Shown: positions 53,540 through 64,000 of the stretch, piece after piece
Layout: the number at the start of each line of letters is the position of its first letter
How positions within the stretch are numbered: position 1 is the stretch's first letter
Assembly (NCBI RefSeq): GCF_006345805.1
Contig: NC_042997.1
Location: 98,332,001 to 98,396,000, forward strand
Reading direction: 5' to 3'
DNA length: 64,000 nt
Origin: Octopus sinensis
Lineage: Eukaryota
Program-made: the position numbers and the translations under genes
Notes under the pieces: generated by a model
What the model saw: only the letters and a program-made list of their open reading frames with translations
The model's database searches: none
What the model was told of the DNA's origin: nothing

Positions 53540-56500
53540 CACTTCCTTTCTGCTGTTTCAACCTTCTGTTAACCTTTCCCTACTAATTTAAAAAAAAAAA
53601 CGTTTCTATAGTCACATTTCGTTTCTCAGTCGCTGCCTTCATTCCTAAAGTTTTCCGCCTCCATTTCCACCCCATTCTCCATTCTCTGACCACCCTCATA
53701 CCCATACTCCGTACTACATCCTACAGCCTTATGCGCGCCACAATTCGTTCTAATCTTTCCAAAATACACACCATCGACCGTCTTCTCCCTCATGCTTTTT
53801 CCATCTTCTCTAGGTCGCCTTCCCATGAAAACACTACTTTACGTTACATAATTCATTTAAATCATCTCTTTCATCAATTTCTCGCTCACACCAAACAGCG
53901 TAAACCCCATTTACTCCTCCATTCCATCACACACGATGTCACTACCCTTTTCATTCCCTACCACTCTCCCTTCCTGATACGCTCCCTCCATCCTCACCAA
54001 AGCCCCTCCAACCCTCCTCACACATATCCGCTCCCCTCCCTCCCCGCCTTCTACTATCCCACCACCCTTCTCCACTTCCGTCTGTTATCATTCCTTCAGA
54101 TGTTCTCCCCTTTGAGACGGAGCGCTCCATTCTCAGTAGGGATCTGCACTTTATGCCCATCACTACATCCAGCAACGAATTTCGGTCTCGTGCTGATACC
54201 CACACCTTTGTGCGCCGTGTTATATTTTGTGCACTTTCCGCGACACTCCACTCGCTTCTAATGGGGAGGACTCCTTCACCGACCTGGGCCACGGAGCATC
54301 CCAGTGGACGCCAGCTCCTGGCCAGTTCCAAGCAGTCGATCTTTTTGCGGGCGCCTGCCAACGCGCTGTGGACCGGTTTAACTTTCCTAGCTATCCACGT
54401 CATTTGAACATCTCCGCAGCCGAACTCTCAGCCCTTCAATGTATCCGACGCCATTGGCGACATCCAGAGCCTTTATACGGTGATTCCTCACCACGAGGGT
54501 CTGCGTGCACTCCAACATTTCCTTGACCTTCGACCCAACCCCCATCCTAACACATTCACACTCGTTCGTCTGGCCGAACTTGTCCTCGCACTTAACTCCA
54601 CGTTCGCAGGTGATTTTTACCAGTAAGTCTCGCAAGTGGCTATGGGAACGAGAATGGGCCCCAACTATGCGAACCTGTTCGTTGGCTACGTTGAGGCAAA
54701 AACATTCTAAGTTTCACTGGTCTCAATCCCGAACTATACGGCCGTTATATTGACGACTGTATCGGTGCGACCTCGCTCTCCTGCGAGCATCTAGGCTCCA
54801 TCCTCTCTTTTGTCAAATCTTTCCATCCTACCCTCCACTTCCCCTGCACTATTTCTGACATTTCCGTCTCCTTTCTTGACATTTCGGTCAGCATTCATCA
54901 CTCCACTCTCACCACTTCCATCTACTATAAACACTCAGACTCACACTCATACCTCAACTTCTCCTCCCACTCTACACACACCAAGCTTTCCATCGCCTAT
55001 TCCCAATTCCTCCCACGCAAGCTCTGCAGTGATGAGCATGACTTTGAGACTCAGTCTCATCTCATAACTCACCACTTGTTTCCTACGTGGATATCCCCTC
55101 ACCACTATCCACACCGCCCTCGCCAGAGCACATTCGTGGACCGTGCATTTGCTCTCTACCCCGCACCCGACCCGCCGTCTTCTGTTTCCCGTCTCCTGTT
55201 TCCCTTCACGTACCACCACACTACCCTACCTCTGCAACGCACCATTCTCAGAGCCTTCCAGCGACTCCAGTCCGACTTCTCCACTTCGCACATCTTCCCT
55301 AACCGACCCACCCCTCCTTCAAACGAGCCCACAACCTACGAAACCTCTTGGTCCACATCTTCTTTCCTAACCTAACCTTCTAACCCGGCCCGTATCCCTG
55401 CTCCCGCCCACGCTGTCGCACTTGCCCTTACTTCTCCAACACCACCCTCCTCACCGGAACCCATCATCGACCATATCATATCACCGACTCCTTCGCCTGC
55501 ACTTCTAGCAATATCATCTTTGCATCTCCTGCTCTCTCTGCCTTTCTTCTCTATACATTGGTCAAACGGGACACCATTTGGCTGACCGGTTCGCGGAATA
55601 CATCCGAGACATCCGACTCGGCAATGACACCCCGGTCTCGCGCCACTTCCGCTCTACCGGCACACTTTGCAACACCATTCTGTGGTCGGATTGTCTTTGT
55701 ATAGGGGCCATTCGGACTCCCGTCTTCGCCGTGAACAAGGATTAATCTTCTCTCTTCGCTCCCTTGTGCCACATGCGCTCAACTCTTCTCCCCTCTTCTT
55801 CTAATCCTCCTCCCCTCTCCTCTCTTCCTCTCACACCTACTTCCTCCCATCCGCCTCTCCTTTCTTGTTCCGACTCCTTCTTCTCTTCACGCCTACCCTC
55901 CTTGTCTCTTCTCTTCACTCCTACCCACTCCTCCCTTCCCCCTCTCCCCTCATAGTCACCCCTCCCTCGTAAACCCACCTCTACAAAATCCAAACCCACC
56001 TTCACTATCCATCCAATCCCACCCCCACCCAATCCCTTACACCCACTCCCACATACCCTCCTTTAACCCCACCCTCAGCCTAACACACACCCACCCTTAC
56101 TTTCCCAACTCTCGTCTTCCCCACATCCCAACACTACCACACCACACCACACACCACCAAACCACACACCACCACATCACTGCACACCACCACGCACACA
56201 CTAGCACTGACCACTTCCCAGCACCCACACCATCATCCACACACCTACACATGCCCACATGCACACCTCAAGGTCACCAGCCCTCTTCCACACGTACATA
56301 CATGATCTCTTATACACGCACACATTCGTTTTGTGATTACCACTACTTTATTATCTCCCTTTCTTACTAGCTCTCCTGTGTGACCCATCTGTCCGGCTTT
56401 CGCCATGATAGATCGGTAGCCACTACACATTCTTCTCTCCCTGTTACTTTCTGTGTTCCTTTCTGTGGAAAAGCGTAGGCTCGAAACGTTAAAGTATTTT

Positions 56501-56583
56501 TCACTTCCGGAGCGTTAAACTAATACATATGTTTGTTGTCTACATCACCTGTCTACAACTTTTATTTGCATTTTTTGGTGAAT

Positions 56584-56585
<2 letters not shown>
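53540..56585 (+). mobile_element. Decayed PLE, Neptune-like (RT plus GIY-YIG plus pLTR)
   Basis: VAMGTRMGPNYANLFVGY, LYGRYIDDCIG, CRTC, LYIGQTGHHLADRFAEHIRDI; HHR-like motif at 56459-56494. Confidence 0.85.
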
Positions 56586-56674
<89 letters not shown>

Positions 56675-56682
<8 letters not shown>

Positions 56683-57301
56683 TGGCAGGGCAAGACTGCT
56701 AGGTAGTCGGCCGTATACTTGAAATAGATCATCAACGATCAAACTACATGTTAAAATTAATATTAATTTATCTCCCTCATTATTTAAATATTGAAATAAA
56801 TACGTTCTCTAGTAGCAAGCACTAACCGCAGTGAATTATTTACTGCAGTTCTTCGCTTCAGGAATTCTTTAGCGCGCCGGAACTAAGACATTTGAAATTG
56901 TATACCTAATGTAATCGGTAAGACTAAACACGTGTCTATTTTGGCACAGAAAGCTGGGGTTATTTCTTCAAATTTCATTTACACTGAACGATTGCACTGA
57001 TGAGGCAACGGACATTTGAATTATGTAAGTAATTCTTCTGTTAAAGGCCGAAACCGAGGTATGCAATTAATTCTGTTTTTTATATAAATTTGGTTCTGGT
57101 GTTCGCTGAATTTTTCCTCTAGAGAACTTTCTTTGTAGTTTGATCGTTGATGATCTATTTCTAGCACACGGGCGACTACCTAGCAGTCTTGCCCTGCCAA
57201 TATACACATATATTAGAATTTTCTCTGATTTCTCAGATTTTTTGTATGCTAGACTACTGGTTTTAAATTGATGTTAAAATAATATTAATTTATCTCCCTC
57301 A

Positions 57302-57307
<6 letters not shown>
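56675..57307 (+). mobile_element. Non-coding HHR-bearing retrozyme-like element, about 523 bp unit
   Basis: Inverted arm 56675-56748 versus 57134-57208; direct repeat at 56749 and 57272; internal HHR; (TA)n on both sides. Confidence 0.85.
56991..57067 (+). ncRNA. Type I hammerhead ribozyme with extended stem II
   Basis: attgca-CTGATGA-ggc-aacgga..gaatta/taattc..tctgtt..gcc-GAAA-ccgagg-TA-tgcaat. Confidence 0.9.
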
Positions 57308-57352
<45 letters not shown>

Positions 57353-57358
57353 TATACA

Positions 57359-57433
<75 letters not shown>

Positions 57434-57458
57434 AGAAAATGGATGTAAATAACACTTC

Positions 57459-60400
57459 GTACCGCTGAATCCTTCGCCTCATGTTTTTATTTTTATTTTT
57501 ATTTTGATCAATTTACTCCACCACCTACACCACCAAACGGTATACACAGGTGCTTATAATTATCAAGTACTCACCCCGAATTTCTACACTCAACTCACCT
57601 ACGTTGTCACTAGGATCTGATCCCACGCAACCGCGACAACCTTTAGTACTTGACGAACCCAAACATGAGGATTCAAAGGATTCACACAAACTTCTCCCCC
57701 AAGGACATACCTCTCCACTCCGACAAAACTTACACGACGACTCTCATCCACCGAACCACAGACTTTATTAGAAGAATTAGGTGGGCGGCCTACCATTTCG
57801 ATAACCCGGAGAAAAGCAACCCCAACTCTAACCAAGAAGAAATAGCACACAAGAAGATATTTAAAAGCAGAAGAAACCCACCCCCTAACTACGCACTGGA
57901 AAATTTTGAAAAAGACTTAATCGACCTCATTACCAACATCAACATTAGTAAACATAAGACCATTTCCAACACCCACTTAAGGAGCCTTAAAGATTTCCTG
58001 CATTCACTCAGGAACGACGGTAATCTTATCATACCCGCTGACAAGACGGGGAACTGGTATAGGCTAGACTACCAAACCTACAAATCGCTCATCATGAGGG
58101 AACTTAGCAAAAAGTATAAAACTACTTCTACGGATAACCTTAAGGAAATTAATTACAAAATCAAGGAAGTTATGAGCAAATTAGACCTCCTGGACAGAAC
58201 AGAACCTATTAAACCGCAAGTACCCAAAATTACTATTAAAGACCATAAGAAAGACTTCCCGGATAGTGTAGGAGTACGATTAATCTGTCCGACTAAATCG
58301 GATATCGGCAGACTTAGCAAGACCGTCCTGGACAAGGTGATCCCACACATCAAACCCCACATCCCACTCCAACTATGGATTAATACCAGCGATGTGCTAG
58401 AATGGTTTAACACTATCACCAATAGGCCCGACTACTCATTCATCCAATTCGACATAGCCAGCTACTACGCCAGTATATCCCCCATCTTACTTAACAAATC
58501 CCTTATTTTTGCCCGCAACCTTTCACTCATAGACAGAGAAAAAATTGACATAATTCTATTAGCTAGAAAAACCATAATAGAATTCGACGGTAGACTCTGG
58601 ACCAGATCCGATACCCCCGACAATTTCGATGTGGCTATGGGCTCGAGCGATTCAGCTCAGGTGACTGACTTGGTCGGGGCCTACCTGCTCAAGAAGCTTT
58701 TCTCCGAGGTACCGGATCTTCAGGGGGGTTATACAGAGACGACGCTCTCTTCATATCCCACCAACAATAGGAGTAAACTAGAAAGAATTAGGAAAAAGAT
58801 CAGGCTTTTTTTCAAATCCTTCAATCTTAAACTAGAATTTATGACCAATACTAAAATAGTTAACTTCTTAGATGTTACGTTAGATTTGAATAAGCACCTT
58901 CACTACCCATATAGGAAACCAGAAGAAACTACCAAATACATCCATACCTCTTCCAACCATCCACCCTGTATAATTAGCACCACAGTACAAGCCATCTCAG
59001 ACAGACTGACAAAACTATCCTCTAATAGAGAAATTTTCAATAATCATGCTCAACACTACAACCAAGCTCTCTATAGTGCCGGATATAACCAGAGAATATC
59101 ATACGTAGACCAACCGGGAGCGTCCGTCGACCATAAGACTCCCAATTATAATCGAACTCAGCACTCAACTCACACTACCGATAAGTCTAATTCAAACTCC
59201 AAACAACATATAGGAAATAGGCGGACTAATAGAACAGCACACAATAGTAACCCTCCCGACGAGAACAATATAGATCCTATTAGGAGAAACAGAAGGGATA
59301 ATAGTAGATTACGCAAATACATATGGTTCAACATACCTTTCAACTTAGCAGTTAGGGGTAGGTTATGTAAAAGAATATTCTCTATAATTTCCAACAACTT
59401 CCCACCCACCCACAAATATAGAAGTATCTTCTCCAACAAAACTATTAGGATTTCCTACTCTACCCTGCCCAACATGAGCTGCCTCTTAGCTAAACACAAC
59501 TATATTAATATTAGAACAGCTAGATCAAGAGCAAACCATAGCGACCAACAGAACCCCCCTCATCTAGACAGTAGGCATTATAACCAGACTGGCAACCATA
59601 ATACCCAAGCAGTTAGTAATAACACCCGCCGACACTACAGAGGAAATACTACACCCATCAACAACCAGGAGGTTACCAACGCCCCCACTCGTATTGCAAC
59701 ACCTCCGCCTAGGATTAGCAGCACACGACCGAATAATGCAATGCAATGCAACTGCAGATGTGCATCAGAGTGCCCGCTGCAGGGCGCATGCAGGGCAAAA
59801 AACGTAATATACTCATGTGAGGTGAGTACTCAATTTAACACACTCACCTATATTGGTTGCTCAACCTCCTGGAAATCCAGATACACAACCACCGGTCCTC
59901 GATGAGACATAGACATAAGGCTAACAGCACCTCCCTCTCTAAAAGAATTTGGGAATTAAAAGACAAATGCATAAGCTTCAAACTCAGATGGTCCATCATC
60001 GGATCAGCTGCACCTTATTTAAATAATAGAGCAGGATGCCAACTATGCTGTGTAGAACTCCTGAACATCTTGAAATTCAAAGACAAACACAATCTTATTA
60101 ACAAAAGGTCAGAGTTCAAACCATCCTGTATACATAAACTTATTAATACTTTAATACTACAATGCTTAGGTCTTATACCAACTCCCCCATGCTATTTCCT
60201 CCCACCCGGTGCAACCTGTCGGCTCAGCACATCCCGTTTTCCTATATGTGCGTGTGTATGTGTGTGTGTGTGTGTGTGTGTGCGTTTATGTGCACATACG
60301 CGTGTGTACATATACACATATATATATATATGTGGGCCACCTCCATCTCATGTTAAACTTTACAAAATTATATTTTTACCTTATTTTCTTATTTTATATT

Positions 60401-61830
60401 TTTTATTTTATTTTATTTTTATTTTTATTTTTATTTCTATTTTTATTTTTATTTCATTTTTATTTTTACTTTTATCCTACTTCCATGTATTTTTATTTTT
60501 AATTTTATTTTTACTTTTATTTTTACGTTTATTCTACTGCCATTTACTCTCATTTTCATTTTCATCCCTTACCTTAACTCTTATAACCCTTATAATTCTT
60601 ATATTTCATTTCTAACTATTACACTGTATTTCTTATTTTATACTGTATTTTTTATTTCTAATCTTTACCCTTACCCTCATTCTTACCCCTAATCTATCGA
60701 TTTACTCACCTATGGATCCGCCTTTTGAGTATCCGAGCGTCCGCGTACGTGTGTATGCGCATACATACATGTGCGCGCGCGTATGTGTACATGCATACTT
60801 CGATATCTTATGACTATACCCATGAGCGCGTGTGTCTCTGTGTGCGTATGTGAGTATATATATGTGCACGCACATACGGACACACAGCCGTGTGTGCGTG
60901 CGCGTATTAACATGAGTACGGGATTCTTTACATACGTTCTTATACACATCCTTTAATATCTTATACCTAGACCTAGAGACGTGGGCATATACGTGTACGT
61001 ATGTAGTGAGGGGCGCACGTATGTACATGTGAGCGTATACGCGCGTAATGTCCGTCTATATATGCGGATATTCTGTTGTATGTATGTGTGTGTGCGCGCA
61101 TGCGTGGGGTGCGTGTGGGTTTATGTACAGGTTTACACGCGAGTGCGTGTGTTTGCTTATAGACTTGGAGACGTATATGTACGCGTGTATGTGGGTGTAT
61201 GTACCCATGATGATATGTATGTACTGGAAGTCCATTTAATTCAAGGAACCAGATTAAACTCTCATCAGCTCTGATTTACGACGAAACCGTTAATTTACTG
61301 ACAGTTCTACAACTAAGTTTTATCAATCTCTGACCACCATGCTGGGTCCGCGACCTCTATACATCCCTTATCCCTACACTCTTTTACACTTTTATCATGT
61401 TTTTATCAGGTTCCTTTACCTCTTTTACTATTTTCCATTTCTATTTTTACTTTACAACATTATGCCTTTATACCCCTTTACATCTCCTTACAACTCTTTA
61501 TATCTTATCATCTACATTTATACATTTTTTTATCCCTCGTCCCGAACTCTCGCCCCTCCACCTTCACCTCTATATACGTATTTATTTATTTACATTACCT
61601 CAACATCCAAGTTTCCTCATTCTACATTGAGAGAAGAAGGAGATGGACGATTCAATTCGATGCTGCTGCCGTATTTTGTCGTACGGGAACGAGAAGATTT
61701 GCATCCCCAACCAAGAATTTCGGAACTAACACATGTCCTTGTGGAAGCTGTTGTGAGCGGCTGAAGAAGGCCACAGACATACATTATGATTTGTTATGTA
61801 TCTGTCTAATAAAGGCCCGAAACATATGTA
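57459..61830 (+). mobile_element. Young Penelope-like element, tandem copy 1 (possibly Naiad-type)
   Basis: 4369 bp unit repeated from 61828; RT plus C-terminal GIY-YIG; HHR at the unit junction. Confidence 0.9.
57550..60150 (+). CDS. PLE RT / GIY-YIG polyprotein (several 1-nt frameshifts)
   Basis: IIPADKTGN, FDIASYYASI, VAMGSSDSA, (GL)YRDD, VNFLDVTLDL, SNHPP, CNCR..CPLQGAC..VIYSC..YIG, TSLSKRIWELKD, CQLC..C.H; start and stop not fixed. Confidence 0.88.
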
Positions 61831-61835
61831 CCGCT
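61756..61835 (+). ncRNA. Type I hammerhead ribozyme at the PLE tandem junction
   Basis: agcgg-CTGAAGA-a-ggcc...ggcc-c-GAAA-catatg-TA-ccgct; predicted cleavage after 61830. Confidence 0.88.
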
Positions 61836-64000
61836 GAATCCTTCGCCTCATGTTTTTATTTTTATTTTTATTTTGATCAATTTACTCCACCCCTACACCA
61901 CCAAACGGTATAACAGGTGCTTATAATTATCAAGTACTCACCCCGAATTTCTACACTCAACTCACCTACGTTGTCACTAGGATCTGATCCCACGCAACCG
62001 CGACAACCTTTAGTACTTGACGAACCCAAACATGAGGATTCAAAGGATTCACACAAACTTCTCCCCCAGGACATACCTCTCCACTCCGACAAAACTTACA
62101 CGACGACTCTCATCCACCGAACCACAGACTTTATTAGAAGAATTAGGTGGGCGGCCTACCATTTCGATAACCCGGAGAAAAGCAACCCCAACTCTAACCA
62201 AGAAGAAATAGCACACAAGAAGATATTTAAAAGCAGAAGAAACCCACCCCCTAACTACGCACTGGAAAATTTTGAAAAAGACTTAATCGACCTCATTACC
62301 AACATCAACATTAGTAAACATAAGACCATTTCCAACACCCACTTAAGGAGCCTTAAAGATTTCCTGCATTCACTCAGGAACGACGGTAATCTTATCATAC
62401 CCGCTGACAAGACGGGGAACTGGTATAGGCTAGACTACCAAACCTACAAATCGCTCATCATGAGGGAACTTAGCAAAAAGTATAAAACTACTTCTACGGA
62501 TAACCTTAAGGAAATTAATTACAAAATCAAGGAAGTTATGAGCAAATTAGACCTCCTGGACAGAACAGAACCTATTAAACCGCAAGTACCCAAAATTACT
62601 ATTAAAGACCATAAGAAGACTTCCCGGATAGTGTAGGAGTACGATTAATCTGTCCGACTAAATCGGATATCGGCAGACTTAGCAAGACCGTCCTGGACAA
62701 GGTGATCCCACACATCAAACCCCACATCCCACTCCAACTATGGATTAATACCAGCGATGTGCTAGAATGGTTTAACACTATCACCAAAGGGCCCGACTAC
62801 TCATTCATCCAATTCGACATAGCCAGCTACTACGCCAGTATATCCCCCATCTTACTTAACAAATCCCTTTTTTGCCCGCAACCTTTCACTCATAGACAGA
62901 GAAAAAATTGACATAATTCTATTAGCTAGAAAAACCATAATAGAATTCGACGGTAGACTCTGGACCAGATCCGATACCCCCGACAATTTCGATGTGGCTA
63001 TGGGCTCGAGCGATTCAGCTCAGGTGACTGACTTGGTCGGGGCCTACCTGCTCAAGAAGCTTTTCTCCGAGGTACCGGATCTTCAGGGGGGTCTATACAG
63101 AGACGACGCTCTCTTCATATACCCCACCAACAATGGGAGTAAACTAGAAAGAATTAGGAAAAAGATCAGGCTTTTTTTCAAATCCTTCAATCTTAAACTA
63201 GAATTTATGACCAATACTAAAATAGTTAACTTCTTAGATGTTACGTTAGATTTGAATAAGCACCTTCACTACCCATATAGGAAACCAGAAGAAACTACCA
63301 AATACATCCATACCTCTTCCAACCATCCACCCTGTATAATTAGCACCACAGTACAAGCCATCTCAGACAGACTGACAAAACTATCCTCTAATAGAGAAAT
63401 TTTCAATAATCATGCTCAACACTACAACCAAGCTCTCTATAGTGCCGGATATAACCAGAGAATATCATACGTAGACCAACCGGGAGCGTCCGTCGACCAT
63501 AAGACTCCAATTATAATCGAACTCAGCACTCAACTCACACTACCGATAAGTCTAATTCAAACTCCAAACAACATATAGGAAATAGGCGGACTAATAGAAC
63601 AGCACACAATAGTAACCCTCCCGACGAGAACAATATAGATCCTATTAGGAGAAACAGAAGGGATAATAGTAGATTACGCAAATACATATGGTTCAACATA
63701 CCTTTCAACTTAGCAGTTAGGGGTAGGTTATGTAAAAGAATATTCTCTATAATTTCCAACAACTTCCCACCCACCCACAAATATAGAAGTATCTTCTCCA
63801 ACAAAACTATTAGGATTTCCTACTCTACCCTGCCCAACATGAGCTGCCTCTTAGCTAAACACAACTATATTAATATTAGAACAGCTAGATCAAGAGCAAA
63901 CCATAGCGACCAACAGAACCCCCCTCATCTAGACAGTAGGCATTATAACCAGACTGGCAACCATAATACCCAAGCAGTTAGTAATAACACCGCCGACACT
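61831..64000 (+). mobile_element. PLE tandem copy 2, runs off the window
   Basis: Near-identical to 57462-59640; contains GGLYRDDAL. Confidence 0.92.

Noticed and set aside
59740-60150. Selenocysteine in the PLE endonuclease Cys motifs
   Set aside because: All the conserved cysteines are encoded by TGC/TGT; there is no in-frame TGA there
61255-61275. CTGATGA on the minus strand
   Set aside because: No GAAA, stem III or stem I partner follows

Overview
Repeat-dominated eukaryotic DNA, most likely from an octopus or other coleoid cephalopod (inferred from the two tRNA-derived SINE families and the dense (TA)n/(CA)n/(TAA)n microsatellites). Most ORF-track entries are microsatellite artefacts. 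The only host gene I recognise is an AQP4/big-brain-like aquaporin exon on the minus strand (about 28706-29355). The rest is R4/Dong LINE pieces in (TAA)n, a Tx1/L1 RT remnant, two ORF1-only LINE derivatives, mariner/hAT fossils, SINEs and many Penelope-like elements (PLEs), including a young tandem pair at 57459-64000. The main hidden signal is a hammerhead ribozyme (HHR) system. Six type I HHRs have intact cores and about eight more are decayed, partial or core-variant. Several lie in non-coding elements of about 0.5 kb embedded in (TA)n, with PLE-style direct and inverted termini, some ending at the predicted cleavage site. They look like non-autonomous, PLE-mobilised retrozyme-like elements, and one records a junction suggesting a circular or multimeric RNA template. 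All calls are by eye, boundaries are approximate unless stated, and novelty was not checked against databases.
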